A stretch of DNA of 62,962 bases, counting the filler, from Trichosphaerium sp. ATCC 40318 (lineage: Eukaryota; Protista; Tubulinea), in assembly GCA_038496445.1 (NCBI GenBank). It is 3 parts of 3 records of this genome, joined end to end, with 100 filler letters (N's around TTAATTAATTAA, not from the genome) between each part and the next. Parts side by side here need not be neighbours in the genome. Positions count along the whole stretch, not along the records: positions 1 to 29,710 come from JALMLS010000333.1; 2 more parts are not named here. One strand, written 5' to 3'. A program made the position numbers and the translations under genes. Positions within the stretch are counted from its first letter, which is position 1. Every line of letters begins with the position of its first letter. This document shows positions 1 to 13,805 of the stretch, piece by piece. The notes beneath the pieces are model-generated. The model saw nothing but the letters and a program-made list of their open reading frames with translations, was not told the origin of the DNA and made no database searches.

Positions 1-934
1 TGCGCCACTTTAGCATTCAGAATCCTACATTGAGACAAACGACTTACTTTTAACTAGCTTATTGGGGAGAAGGACAACTCGCTAAAGCAGTTCAGGTACT
101 ACTCGTAGCTTAGTTGTTTTATGAGCGCTTACAGTAGTCCTTAGGATCTAACGAATGCACATCACAGCAAACCTGAGTCTAAGGATATCAAGAAAGCCTT
201 GGAAGATGTTTGCATGCAAGTAAAGTTTAGTGGCATACAGGTCATTGAGACTTTGATTGCTACAGCATCTAAAAAACTTGGAGATGGTGACACAGTTGGT
301 GCACAACAAGACCTGGTACTATTATCATCGGTTACGGTTTTCGTTAACTCTCTGTTGCAGGTGCAAGCCGGTATAATGGCAAAAACTGGAGGTCACAAAT
401 TATACGAAAGTCGATCTCTTTCACTACTGAGCATGATTGATAAGAAGGACGGCAACATAGATCTAGCAGAGAATAAACTCTTGTCTGCTATTCGTCTCGC
501 AAAAGAAGCGAATGAAGATATATTATACTTAAGTTGTAAAGCAGACCTAGGTAAGCACCCCTTTGCTCTTCTCAGTTTGCTTATTTTATTCTCAACAGGT
601 GAACTTTACTCGTCTCAAAAAGAGTACGACAAGGCTATAGAAGTGCTCACCGCGTGTATAAACGAAGGAGTTAAATCTAACAACGAATGGATTCTAGGTT
701 CGCCTTCAAGGACTACCGTCTAAATTATACTCACTATGAATAGGTGTGGCTTGCTTTACACTTGGAGACGCACTTGAAAAGAACGGTGATACAGTTGGAG
801 CGAAATTGAATTTTGAGCAGTCACTCAAGCTATCCACGCGTGTACAAGACGATGACATGATAAAAGCAGCGTCAGAGCGAGTAGAAGCTCTGCGTACACA
901 ACCTGTCATTACGCTAGACAATAAAAAAAAATAA
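1..934 (+). CDS. TPR-like helical repeat protein, 5'-truncated and multi-exon
   Basis: Spliced exons give TPR-like helices (ADL/GELYSSQKEYDKAIEVLTAC; VACFTLGDALEKNGDTVGAKLNFEQSLKL). Stop codon at 932-934. Confidence 0.6.
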
Positions 935-1046
935 ACGTGCTCTTTCGGCGTGTTGATAGATCACACTAAAGGTGTAGTTAAGCCCTACTTCGAGCGTGAC
1001 ATCACATTTTTTTTACAAAATAATACGGTTATAACAACGAACAAGC

Positions 1047-4000
1047 ATGTCGCCGCACGTACTTCTTGCGGTTGTGGCGTTACTGTCTGTTATTAGCGTG
1101 GTTGACGCCGATCAAAAAACGTTTGATTGTCCTATGCGCCAAATGGCTCTAAATTATGCCATGAAGGTACCACATATTTTATAGCGTTAAAACAACTGAC
1201 AAAATAAAGGTACAACCATTTCGTACAAAAGAAAACTTTCAAGAGATCGCAGACGCTCTAAACGGCGCTCAAGAGGCCCAAAACTGTAAAGTTCAAGTAC
1301 GCTGTTGGCCAACTTTCGCCTCAAACCGTTAACGACCTTAAACCGCTATTAACACCCACAACAGGTACCAAATGACTTTGTTGGCGGTTCCCGTATCCCC
1401 TCTTTTCCAATTCCAAACGCTGAAACTTACTATGTGGATGCTGCACGCGGTAAGTGGTTGTACTAAAGCGGAAAAACGGCTAAATCTGCCTAAAAACAGG
1501 TAGCGACTCTAACCCTGGAACTATCAGCAGACCTTTCCAAACGATTCACAAAGCTATTGAGGCTCCTTCTTCTTATTCAGGAGCAGTCATCGTGTTACGA
1601 AAGGGTACTTTCTATTTGAGTAGGTACGAAAAAGTAACATGAAATGTCATTTTGCTTTAAAAAGCAACGCGAAAACTCAACGTGTTATTCCTTCCTACAC
1701 ACGTGAATCGCTTTCCATTTGTTTTCTCCATTTATCCTGCTAACGAAGTTAAAGCACAATAACGTTGACACCAAAGTACAACGGATTGACGATACAAAAC
1801 TATCCTAACGAAGAAGTGAGTTTTTTATCACGTGATGGTTTATTTTTCTATAATTTACTCAATCGTTTAGGTATGGATTAGCGGTGCTAGGTTAATCAAA
1901 CCAGATTGGAAACCATACAAAGTGTCTGACAAGAAGACAGTTATGTTGGAAAACAATCAAAACAACGTATGGGACGAAGCTCACTCACAAACAAACACCT
2001 CCACCATCATGTACGGTTTTCACTTCTTTTTCTTGTTGACTGTCTTGTAGATACTTGGGAAGCTTTGACACGACGGAAGAATGTCAGGCAAAGTGCTTAG
2101 CATGGAGCGAGTACGTCTCAAAATCCTAAACCACTTAGTAAACATTTTAAAGATGTAAATCGTTCACATTCCATACACCATCCCTTACAAGCGAGTGGAG
2201 AAGACAGTGCTTCGGTAGAATTGATGGTGAGTGCTTAAACATTTTCAGCTTTAAACTTACGCTATGTTAGCTGCATGGAGCCCTCACGCTCAAACTGGTA
2301 TTAACAGCGGTCTTGTGAAAGGCACTGAAAATATTTACGTCACAGAGTTGAGGTACACAATTGGTAGTGTTATTGCGTTGCAACTAACTCGTATCAGTGA
2401 TGTCACGAATGTCCTAGGTTTAAGAATAAACACTCAAAGATCTATTCGCGCTCGGTACCCTAACGCCAATCCAGGTACGAATAACAGACTATGACGACGT
2501 GTCACTCACGTTTTTTTTGTTAGAATTCGGATTTGGCTCCAAGTTGACTGCTAACTCATGGCTAAAACCAAACTTGCCTTCAAACCCAAAGGAAGCCATC
2601 TACCCTAAAACACCTCTCCGTAACACTTCGTTCGAGTTCCAACGCTACCAGCTTGGTATCGGAGGCCCTTGCGAACATTTCACTCCTCCTGCAGGTTATT
2701 GGTGTGGTAACAACACCTCTGGCGGTGGAGCTTTCACTTACAAGTACCCACCTATATGACCTGTTTATAATGCTTTACGCACTGACCAAGACCGTAGGAT
2801 CCCAACTGGCATGGTTGCTGATAAATCAAAGTTACCTAATTCACCATACAAGAATGCTATTGGTGCAATAATCCAAGCATGGCGTCCGGGACATTGGGCA
2901 TCGTGGATGTTTGAAGTACCCTCAGTTTTGAACACGTATTAGCTATTAACATCTAATGCTCTAGGTTGGTAGTTATGTTGCATCCTCTGGCACATTTACC
3001 TTTTCAAAGGGTGGTTTCCAAGGCGCGAGAGGAAGTGATAAAGGCGATGAATTTTACATTGAAAACGTTTTCGAAGAGTTAGATAGCGAGAATGAGTGGT
3101 TCTTTGATACTCAAACGAAAATGTTGTATCTTTGGTACAACGGAACAGGCATGCCACCTGCAGATACATTATTCGAGGTCACCAACTTAAAGGTACTTCA
3201 GAACCACAAAAACATGGATATTAACCGCGTATAGACACTCTTCAACTACCAAGGAACACAATCCAGTCCTGTAAAGGATATTACCTTCAGAGGCGTTGGT
3301 TTCAAAGATAGCGCATATACTTACCTTGATCCTCATGGTATGCCATCTGGAGGTGATTGGGGTCTTCAACGCTTCGGTGCTCTCTTTTTTGAAGGCACTG
3401 AAAAGTGCGAGATTGATTCGTGCGTCTTCTCCAGGATTGATGGTAATGCTATCATGATATCTGGATATAACAGGAACACAACCATTCAACGCAACGAATT
3501 CAAATGGATTGGTGATACAGCTATAGCCTCTTGGGGTGATGCTAAAGGTAAGGCCTCGAATTCTTTCTTTTACCGAAACATAACTGATCGTGGAAAGGTA
3601 CCCTTTACAACATGGGTTGGGATGGTACAGGTGGCGAACAGCCTCGATTCAATACAATCAAGGACAATTTGGCGCACGAACTTGGTATCTGGGTGCGTCT
3701 TTCTGAGTTATCAGTGTTTTTTTGTACGCATTATTAACTTGATTTGTAATTAGGAAAAACAATCTTCATTCTACTTCCAAGCAAAGACATGTCAAACACT
3801 TTTGGAAGGAAATATCTTCTACAACGGACCACGTGCTGGTATTAACTTCAATGACGGATTCGGTGGAGGAAGTACACTTTCTACAAACATCCTTTTCAAC
3901 GCATGTCGCGAATCTGGAGATCACGTGCGCAAAACAATACAACTAATCTTGCTTTTTTGACTCACGTTTGATAGGGTCCATTTAACAGCTGGGATCGCCA

Positions 4001-4765
4001 AGTGAGTTCCTGAAGGACTCCCCTTTTTTTCTAAACTCATATCGTATTTTAGGTGTATGTCACAAAGGTTAGATCTGGTACAGCAAGCACAATAAAGCAG
4101 TGGGACGAGATTATGAAGAACTTTATCATCGCAAATTACAACAGGTATGCATCTTGGGATCCTTCAAACGTTTCATTTGTTAGCTAAGCTAACGACAATT
4201 TCTAGCCAAGAAGCTATTGATAACGATGACGGTTCATGCTACTACAAAACCCACGACAACTTTTTTGCATACAGCGGAAACGGCATGAAGGTACGTACAA
4301 AAAGAATAATGCCGTGTATTAAACCTCCACTTCAGAACGATTTTGGAGGACACGATAACCGCCATTACAACAACGTCTACGCTTATGTTGGCAAAGGTTT
4401 CAGTATCTCTAAGCAACTTGAAGGACATGAAGATTACTTCTACAACGTACCCTACGCCGGCTAATGCATTCAAACTTTCTAACCACAATCTCTAGAATTA
4501 CCTTGTGATGACAAGGGACGGTGATTATGGTAATCCTCAATGCTCTGCACCTAAGACTGTTGTTCATGACAACAAGGTCTTTACACCAAACGCTAAGGTA
4601 AAATCTGAGTAGAGTCATCCTCCGCTAACAAGGATGTAGGTAGAGGAATGTGGTATGTCCCTTGAAGACTATCAGAAAAAGGGAGGTGATCCAGGTACTA
4701 CGGCTGCAAAAACCCCTCCTGACGCCGACTTGTTGCAACAAATATCCAAGACTTTGGGCATCTGA
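1047..4765 (+). CDS. Secreted right-handed beta-helix protein with DUF1565-like and PAN/apple-like modules (putative carbohydrate-active), more than 20 short introns
   Basis: Signal peptide MSPHVLLAVVALLSVISVVDA. Motifs YYVDAARGSDSNPGTISRPFQTIHKA, RARYPNANP, FYIENVFEELDSENEWFFD, GPRAGINFNDGFGGG, CRESGDHGPFNSWDRQ and AIDNDDGSCYY. Stop TGA at 4763-4765. Confidence 0.75.
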
Positions 4766-4999
4766 ATGTTGAACAAAAGATCCTTAAATAAACATTCCTT
4801 CAACTCAATTGTTTGTAACTGGTTTTATGTGCACGTGTTGTACGAGAAACTAAAGAGAAGATACATGATAAAGGAATTACCCACCTCTTGATGTTGGTAC
4901 AACGTTTGAAGCAAGGGCGGCTTAAACAAATGTCTCGTTAAGCGTGAACGTGTCTGTAACGTTACAAACTGCCACCAGCGCCCAGTATTCATAACCCTA

Positions 5000-7792
5000 A
5001 TGCGCGTTAATGGTACAAAGACGGTTTTTATTGACTTAGTCGCGTGATAAAGGCCATGTGGCTAAAACAACAAAAACCAAGCTTATACGCACGCGATAGC
5101 AACAAAATTGATCTTTTTATGAATAGGGCGAGTGTTAAAGCACTCAAACACAGTTCGATTGAGATCGACGCAACCTAAAGCGAGAGCGAGTGTCAGTGAC
5201 TGGATTAAAAGGGTATTTGGTGTTTTTTATTTGGACTTAAATTAAACGGTACATTCCCATGTGACAATAACCGAGAAATAATTAGTTTGATAACTCCGCT
5301 GGTCCTACAACACCTGTACTCGCGCATAGTACAAAACCAAGAATAAAAAAATTGGAATTACTCGGGACTAAAACGAGACAACAGTTGAAGACGAGGAGTG
5401 TATCAAATAGGGAGTTAATTTCAAAAAAACCAGAAGAACCCAAAAAAAAACCAAATAACACAAAAACCAGAGTGTTATCGAAGTCCAAGTTCAAGAGCCT
5501 AGCAGCTTTTGGTACTAGTAATGTTGATTATGTCATAAAGGAGGAGCACTTGCTTGCTGCCGAAGGTAACAATTGACAAAAAGAAAATTCTTCAATGTTT
5601 TTCATTTGTTTTTTTTTCCTTCGAATTTTGACAAACTGTTTTAGATGTGGTTGGTTCTCGCTGTGTATTCGTAGATTACAATCAATTTAAACCATTTTAC
5701 TTAAATGAGAGCGTAAATATTATAATTCGATCACGTGATCTTTACCGTCGTGATATCAAAGTCGGTGGCGCCAAATTTTTCTGCACGTCAAAAGGCAAGC
5801 GCAAAAAGTAACTATGTTTTTATACCTAATGTCAAGTCAAGTTGATAACGCCCATGGAGGACATAAAAGTCAACACGCAGTGAAAGACAATGGCGATGGT
5901 ACTTACACTATAGGCTGGACCCCCAATAAAGTTGGAGCCCATACTATTAGCATACGAAAAGACAACGAGCCCATTGCCGATTCACCCTTTAAGGTCACAG
6001 TTAAAAAAGGTACATCACTAAAAACAAAACAAAGCATACTCACCTTCGCCTTTGTTTAGTGCCTGTTTCATTCAGTGATGCTTCTTCATTTGTCTGCACT
6101 GTCCAAGGTCAAGGTACAAAACACGGCACTCTTAATGTAAAGAGCCAGTTCCACGTGTACATCGAAACAAACAACGGAGAGCCTATTGACATGGACATGG
6201 AGGAATTCGACGTTGAAATACTGCCACCTACCAATGTTCCAATCAAACCACAAATTACTGTGAGTCCCTTATCACAACTACTGATTATTCACTCATAATC
6301 ATAGGGATCTAAGGGGTTTTACACAATAGAGTACATGCCCAAAATCATTGGTAGTCACACAGTTGATGTACTTTTGTTTGATTCCTCTGTTCTTCGGAAA
6401 AAGCTTAAAGTACCAATTTACTGGCCACCTGATGCAACCAAGTCCATGGCACATGGTTCAGGGCTTAAAAAAGGGGTTTGTGGTGATCCAGGTTAGGCTT
6501 TTTTGTTTTTTGTTTGTTGTTGGGTTGAAGAAATGCTCACGTGTATTTAGTGTCGTTTCATATAACGTCTTTTGACAAGCACGTTATTCAAAGACCTGTC
6601 GGTGGAGATAAATTTGATGTATCTGTGTCTGGTCCAGAGTCGCATATAAACGTTGACATTCAAGACAAGAGAGATGGTAGATACGTCGTAACGTATTACC
6701 CAATGAAGGTACACAACTTTAAATAAACATCAAGAGGTCTCATGTTTGCTTTCAGCCAGGTGATTACACAATCGACGTAAAACTGGGTGATGCTCACCTT
6801 TCAGGGTCTCCATTCACAAGTAAAGTAGAAAGTACGATTCCAGTTTCTCACCCTACAGCCAGCCTACCTACTAACCATCTTTTGAAGCCATGTTTCTTAA
6901 ATATAAGCTAGAAGGTACTGGGTTAAAAGGTGGTATCAAAAACACTATGGTATCATTTTTTGTACACATTGAAAACGACCAAGGTAAGAAAGGCTCAAAA
7001 CAATGAAAATTTACAATATTCATGTCTTGTTTTTAGGTGCTGTTAAGATCCCTGCAACTGTTTTTGACGTCACCATTACCGATGAAAAAGGTAATAACCA
7101 AGTCATATCCATTATTGTACTTATCTTTACTTTAGGGACAGAGGTGGACAACAGAGTAGTTGGAAGAGAAGGCATTTTTTTTTACCTTTTTTTTTCACAA
7201 TTCACATTTTATGTATAGGGTCATACCTTGTTGAGTATATTCCTCACGTGACTGGCATGCACACTATAGACATTGCTATTTTAGGGAATTCAATACTACA
7301 AGGTGATTTGATAAAGAGCTTTATAGACGTACCACCAGACGAAACAAAAACAACAGTAGATGGAATGGGCCTATTTGTTGCATTCGTAGGTCAGGAAGCA
7401 TCCTTCAAAATAATTGCTCGGGATTGTAATGGTAAACGAAGGTCCGTCTTGTAGATTTCGCATTTACATACTAAATACCACTCAGACGTGGTGGTGGAGA
7501 TCCATTTGTAGCTGAAGTGAATGGACCAGGCACAACATGTTTAGAAACGAGATTTGTTAACATTGGATGTTAGACGGGGCTGACACCTCCATGAAGATGA
7601 AGGATAACAACAATGGAACATACACTGTGACATACACACCAAGTAAGGCTGGTCCACATGATATAACTGTATCATTCTTCCATAAAGAGCCTCCTGTGCG
7701 TTGTTTTTAACTTGCTTTCAGAAAATTCACTTTTTTTTAAGGTACAAATTTTTAAGAACTCGACACTTGTGCTTGAGGCTTGCAATGAATAA
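5000..7792 (+). CDS. Filamin/ABP-120 (gelation factor)-type Ig-repeat protein; start approximate
   Basis: Several filamin repeats: VKDNGDGTYTIGWTPNKVGAHTISI..IADSPFKV, GGDKFDVSVSGP..IQDKRDGRYVVTYYP and KDNNNGTYTVTYTPSKAGPHDI. Stop TAA at 7790-7792. Confidence 0.85.
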
Positions 7793-7902
7793 ACGTACCT
7801 ACAGCCCAAGAACTATAAATAATGTACAGCAATCAAAAATTAAAATAAAAAAACCAATATGCTAAAATGCAAGAAAACAATAAGAAAACTATTCAACAAC
7901 AT

Positions 7903-9927
7903 TTATTCTTTGTGCATTTCAACCATTTTTTTTCCATCAAATTCTTTTAAGCAGCATGGGCATGACCCATACTGATCACAGACTTCACACCACACCCACG
8001 TAGATCCTCCCCTCCATATGCGCTTGCCACATATCTGACAGGTCTCACATTCATTTTTGTACTTCTTCTTAGCAGCGGCAAGTTTTTTTTCCTGTTTTTT
8101 TTTTTCTTTTTTCTGTCTTGTCTCCTCTCTACGAACATTCTCCTCCTCAATTTTTTTTTGTTTAGCATCTCTCTTGAGTTGCCTTAGCTCTGCCTTGTGT
8201 TTAATTTCTTGTTCTTTATCTATCTTTTTTTTTTTTGCTAATTCAACCATTTGGGTAGCAATATAAGCATCCCCTTTTGGTACTGTCATTGGACCGATTG
8301 TTAGGGCATTTACTTGATTTCTGTGGCTGTATAGCTCATCCATAGCGTTTTTGGCTTTTTTAGCAGTATCGGTGATGAAGGAAGGTGATTGTTTAGGTTG
8401 GACCCCTACATTTTTTGAAGCATGATTTAAGATCAACTTTCTGTTGTAGGGTATACAAATCGCTAATTTTTATCTAAATCGGGCGACTAAATCAATTTAT
8501 TTCCAAATTAAGCGCAAATGTGGATTATTTATCAAAACATTCTCACATGTATTTATTGAATTTTGGAGTATTGGCAACAAATAACTAATTTATATCTAAA
8601 TTAGGACTATGTATGTCTAAATTAGGAACAATTGGGTTATTAGTTATCACAACATTGTCGCATCTTTAGATTGATTTGGGTATTGGTGACAAAACACTAA
8701 TATTTACCCTTATTAGGACAAGGTGTATAAGGGTACAATGCCCACGGACTTCCATGCCGATTTTAAGATTTTGGGAGACAGTGCTTTGGTCTCTGCAGCT
8801 GCAACAGCCATTATGTCATAACGTCGTGTTTTATGTTTGATCTCTGTGCCACTTTCAATTGTAATTTTCCTGTTTAATTTATATGCCTGAGCTAGGGTAG
8901 CAAATGGCTTGTCATCTAAGGGTTGCGTGAAATGTGAGGTATGAGGCACCCATGTGATAGTGTGTACATGCTGTTCAAGGCATTTTTGTAACGATTCTGT
9001 TTTAATGTGGCTGGCCAATCTATCAAGGAATAAAAATGCAACCCTGTCCCCTTGAAAAATTTTCAAGTGCTTTAAGAACACATCAAGAATTTTTGGCCAA
9101 ATTTCGTTGGTCACATACCCTTTACCATGAAATATATAGTATCTAGGCCATGAAGAGCGGGTATTTGTTGGTCTGGGTACTGTCATTTGATGCACTTTTT
9201 GTTCATCACCTTTGTTTTTTGCTGCCATTATATAAATTGACACCAGTATGCGTCCAGAGGCTGAAACAAACGGAATCAATGTGAGAGGGCTGCTTGTGTT
9301 ATTGTTCAGCCACCCAGCAATTTTCATCGTTCTATCTTGAAAGGTAATGTGTTGATACTTGTCACTTGATGCTGTTATCAACTTTTCGTCACAATTGAAC
9401 ATCAAATCTGGGTTCATATAATACATCTCTGAGAATCGCTCAAAACCATCACACCAAGCTTCTACACGTGGCAGAGTGACAGGAGATACACGGCAGCGGC
9501 GAATTGTCTTCGAAACAGTGGCTTTGAGTTCAATATTGTGTCTTTCAGTGAAGCCATCACACCAAGCTTCCATACTTTTCGACTTCTTCTTCTTGTACAG
9601 ACTTTGTGCCATAGATATCAAGGCTGCACGTGATAGAGGCATATGACGCCCGCTAAAACTCAAACAGTAGCCAACCAACATTTCTTCTTCGAAATCCGTA
9701 AAAAGTTGGTTGCCATGAGATTTGAAATTCTCTGAATTCTCCTTTGCAAATGCCCTCTGAACACGCTTTCGTAGCGATTCTGATTTAACACAGTGTTTTT
9801 TAGCCACTGTGATGCAAATTTGACGAATTGAGAGTGTTTGTGAAGGTTTACGCTTCTTTAGTTTATAAAGTACTTCCTTTGTGGCCTCTGCCATGTTTTT
9901 AGCCTTTGCGGCACTTCTGCGAGGCAT
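7903..9927 (-). mobile_element. pogo/Fot-like (Tc1/mariner superfamily) DD35D transposase with CENP-B-type HTH and a C-terminal PHD-like Cys finger, interrupted by an insertion
   Basis: Catalytic triad FNCDE / LFLDRLASH / TQPLDD, with 35 residues between D2 and D3. C-terminal CQIC..WVWCEVCDQYGSCPCC. The ORF is intronless. ORFs 8713-9927 and 7903-8436 join as GIVPYNRK once 282 bp are removed. Confidence 0.85.
8448..8735. mobile_element. 282-bp AT-rich insertion inside the transposase, flanked by an AGGGTA direct repeat
   Basis: AGGGTA occurs at 8448-8453 and 8730-8735. The ends carry short inverted TATACA...TGTATA sequences. Internal imperfect direct repeats include TCTAAATTAGGA x2 and GTATTGG..ACAAA..ACTAAT..TTAGGAC x2. 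Confidence 0.6.
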
Positions 9928-10080
9928 TTTAAAAATTGAAAAGTGGGGACATTTTACCTAGAATTGGGACATTTTATACTTTTCACTAATTGCGCGTCCA
10001 CAAAAAAAAAATGTCAAAATCTGATTTTCTTTTGTTGAAATCCAATTTTTTTATCTTCGGTCAAACACCCGTCGAAAACA

Positions 10081-11521
10081 ATGTTGGGACATCTACAACG
10101 TACAAGGTGCTATGTACAACGACAGAGAACACCAACGAGGGGTGTTTCGTTTAACGAGCGCTGTCGACGTTACACTCAATCTGCTACGCCTCCATTTCAT
10201 GTTATTTCGCGTAACAACAACAAATTAGCGCCAAGTACGTTAAACTACTATTTTTTACCCAATCGCATGCCAAAACTCCTCAACTGCAGACGTTAAGACT
10301 TGTGTCGTACTTCACGGACTCCTTGGACAAGGCAGAAACTGGTTATCGTTTGTTAAAGCTATGCAGAAGCAACACGACAATGTGCAATACATTATACCGG
10401 ATCTCAGATGCCACGGAAAGAGCGCTGACAAGGTTCGTTTCACGAATTCAAAAAGCACGTGACAAGGAATAAGTGCGAACAATAGGTTATTGCTGGTCCC
10501 CACACCATCGACTCAGCAGCTGTGGATCTAATTCACTTATTTCGCGACTTGCCAACTAGCATCAAACCAAATTATGTGTGGTACTAATTCAAATTTTGCT
10601 TGCAAGCGTTACCACTTTTTTTTTCTAATGTCACTACACCAGCGGCCATTCCTTTGGCGGGAAAGTTGCTGCCAGATTTACAGAAATAGTTCCAGATACT
10701 ATGACACCTGAGCAGGCACGTGCCAGCTTTAATTTCACTGGTTTTTTTTGATTTTGAAAACAACGCGCTAACATTACTGTGTTAGACTTGGATTCTTGAC
10801 ACAATGCCTGGTAAAGCAACCAAATCACTCCAGGACAGTGGGGGCAATGCCTCATTTGTAGAGATATTGGGTGTCATCAAAAGCATGGCAAGACCATTCC
10901 CCTCTAGAAAACACGTAGAACAGAATCTTATTGGTCAAGGTTTCTCAAAGGGTCTAGCAATGTGGCTTACAACTAATCTAAAGTGCGTTGCTCACAATGA
11001 TACTAAGTACCTTGGTCTTTTGTGTCAACCAAACGTCAATGACTACTGTACTGACATTTAAAAAAATACAGACAAAGCAATACAAAAGAAAAGTGGGTGG
11101 AGTGGAGGTTAAACACAGACCACATCGAAGAGTTGTACCAGAGTTACTTAGGTATCCCAAAAGACACAACAAGTAATAGAGCACAGCTAACAAACCTATC
11201 AAGATACCGACATTTGGGACTATTTGGAAAACCCTCCTGCAGGAAACTCCGTTCAATACGTCATTGCTGACAAGTCTTCCAGATGGTACTAGTCCATACA
11301 CCAACTGCGCACCAGTCTTATTGTTTAATAGGACTGACGAACTGAAGCAGCGCATGGATGTTACTACACAAAAAAGCGAAAAGACAAATGCACATATTCT
11401 CAAAAATAGCGGCCATTGGGTGCACATAGATAATCCAAAGGGCTTGCTTAGCTTAGTTAGCCTATTCTTTGGCAATCAAGAATCTACAGACGATCAGTAC
11501 AGTGACGGAAAACTTATTTGA
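10081..11521 (+). CDS. ABHD11-like alpha/beta hydrolase, probably mitochondrial; start uncertain
   Basis: Motifs VVLHGLLGQGRNW, PDLRCHGKS, GHSFGGKVA (nucleophile) and SGHWVHIDNPKG. Arg-rich N-terminus. Confidence 0.85.
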
Positions 11522-11853
11522 AAACTAAAATTAATAAATAAATCTAAATGTCAATGTCACCATAACAACCAAAGCCAATAGCCAAAAAGACAAGTATTAT
11601 TATTATTTACAACGTTGAATAAATGTGACAGGTATTTCTGGAGGGGTGATTACGTAGTGAATTCCACGAGTTGGGTTTTTTTTTTGTTTGTTTTTTTTCG
11701 AATTGAAAAAAAGCCACTTTTTCCAAAAACGCGCACAAAACGCAGAGAGGTTTGCTTGTTTGCGACTAATAAAGAAATGTCGCACAACACAGTGTCTCAA
11801 AAAGTCACAAATGAATTCAGCCACTTGCACTCGTTTAGAGAGTGGTATTTTTT

Positions 11854-13805
11854 CTAGTTGTTTTGCAGCTTTGGACCGTCCGATTTAATAATAATCTCGG
11901 TTATATCACGTGTAGGTTCTGGTGCTCTTTCTGGTCTCAAGAGTGGGATCTTAAGCTCTGTGCTGGCATTATCAGTCCTTGCATCATCTACAAGGTGTAA
12001 GTAACGTTTGAACAACGCGCTAAAACGAGAGAACGACAATAATTATCAAGGTGAGCGTACGCTTGGCTTTTTGACCGAGAATGTTTATTACAGGAGCTGG
12101 AGTTGCAGAGTTACGTCGTGAGCGATTGCCCTCGCCCATCTTGGATTTGGCGAATGCAATGTGTAGTGGTTGCTTATTAACTGGGAAACCTTGCAAACGC
12201 TTCATGCTACTTGTAGAGCATTGGATGTCCTATTTCAAAAAACCAAGTAAACAAAAAATAAACATCGATTCTGCGAAGGCCAAGTTTGTAGCCACTCGCC
12301 CTGTAGTGGTAACGTACAGAAAATTCTACCCAAGCCAAAGCTTGATCTTCTTTTTGTACAACTCTAATGCGTTTGTAGCCTGGCATTCTAATGGAAGATA
12401 TTAGTACACACCAAGACACACGATTGAGTAGAAATACGCACAAACCAAACAAAGGTATCAAGTCTGCTTCTTGAGTCTCACGTGCAAGATTACGCACATA
12501 AAGTGTAGAGCAAGGAATGCTGTTGTGACGGGAATTAGCCTTAGGTAAATATTACACCACAGGAAAGAAGGTTACGCTACAAGAGTTTGGTCTTTGTACA
12601 CCAAACAAGAGAAAAAAATTAAATTAAAAAAAGACAACCACGCACTCTGCTACGTCTTCCAGGTGAAGTAGGAGCACTACATACTGCTCTTGGTGGTGGT
12701 ACAGAAAATCCTGGTGGTCCCTTTGTGCTCACAAAGAAGCTACTATGCGTCAGCACGCTCAGGTACAAAGAATGAGGTAAAAAAAATCTTTTCTTTTGAA
12801 GCGATCAAAAAACCAAAGATAAGGCTCACCTCGAGTTATAGACAGACGCTATCTTAGTTGACAAAGTTGCTATAGGTGAGGTTAGAATACTGGCTCAATG
12901 CAGCGTTGTTTTCTAGTGATACAAAGCTATAATCAAGACTTTAAACCGAAACATACCGTCTGACTGGTTCAAGTTTGTAATACGTGAGTTTGTGTTGGCG
13001 AACAGTACGCGAAGATTACCTAGTACTTGAGGGTCCATTTGGAGGCCCTAGAAAAGACAGTCAGTTCAAGTATTTCCAAAAGTATGATTGACCACCAAAT
13101 AATAACCCAAGAGCGATGAATAAGCGTTAAAACGCTTCTTTGTCAATATTTGAAAACTAAATTGCATGCTCGAATTGGTTCCAACACCCAACCAAACACC
13201 AACCGTTTTACAGTGCAACGTTGCATTTTTCGGGTAATTGTAGCAAAAAAAAAAAAGAAAAGGGAAAGATAAACTACCCACAAACTCATTTTTAGCTCTG
13301 ACGTACATCTAAAGTATCACGAGCCACCAGGGCGGATGTTCGGTCGCTATAGACTACGAACGCGGCAGGCTAGGCAAAAAACAGTGAGACCTTTAATTGT
13401 TGAAAGTTGGAATAAAAAGCGCAAAAAAATCAAAAAAACAAACAAAAAAACCTCTTGGCAAAACATGAAATGGGCCATTGGTGCGCTACACGTGCGAAAT
13501 TACGCGTTTCAGCACAAAAACAAGGGCAACCACCCATCTAGGTTAGTGTGCAAATAAAAATCTAGTTTTTACACTTCCGTGGCCGCCTCGAGGTTCGAAG
13601 GGCGCCTAATATAGGTACGTACTTGTTTGCCCTCCTTCAGCGAGCACCCTTGATAGCCCGGGTACACCCTGAAGAGATTATGCACCTCGCGCTCTTTTAC
13701 GTCAGCAGGGAGGCCTGATACGAATAACGTTCGTATTTCTTCCACTGTTTCAATATTTAGTGATGGAAGGGATGAAGCATCTTGAGAGAGTGGAATAGTA
13801 TCCAT
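11854..13805 (-). CDS. Two-RRM RNA-binding protein of RBPMS/couch-potato/U1A-like type
   Basis: RRM1 [26 protein letters not shown]2 STLYVRNL...[22 protein letters not shown]...[17 protein letters not shown]. Confidence 0.75.
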
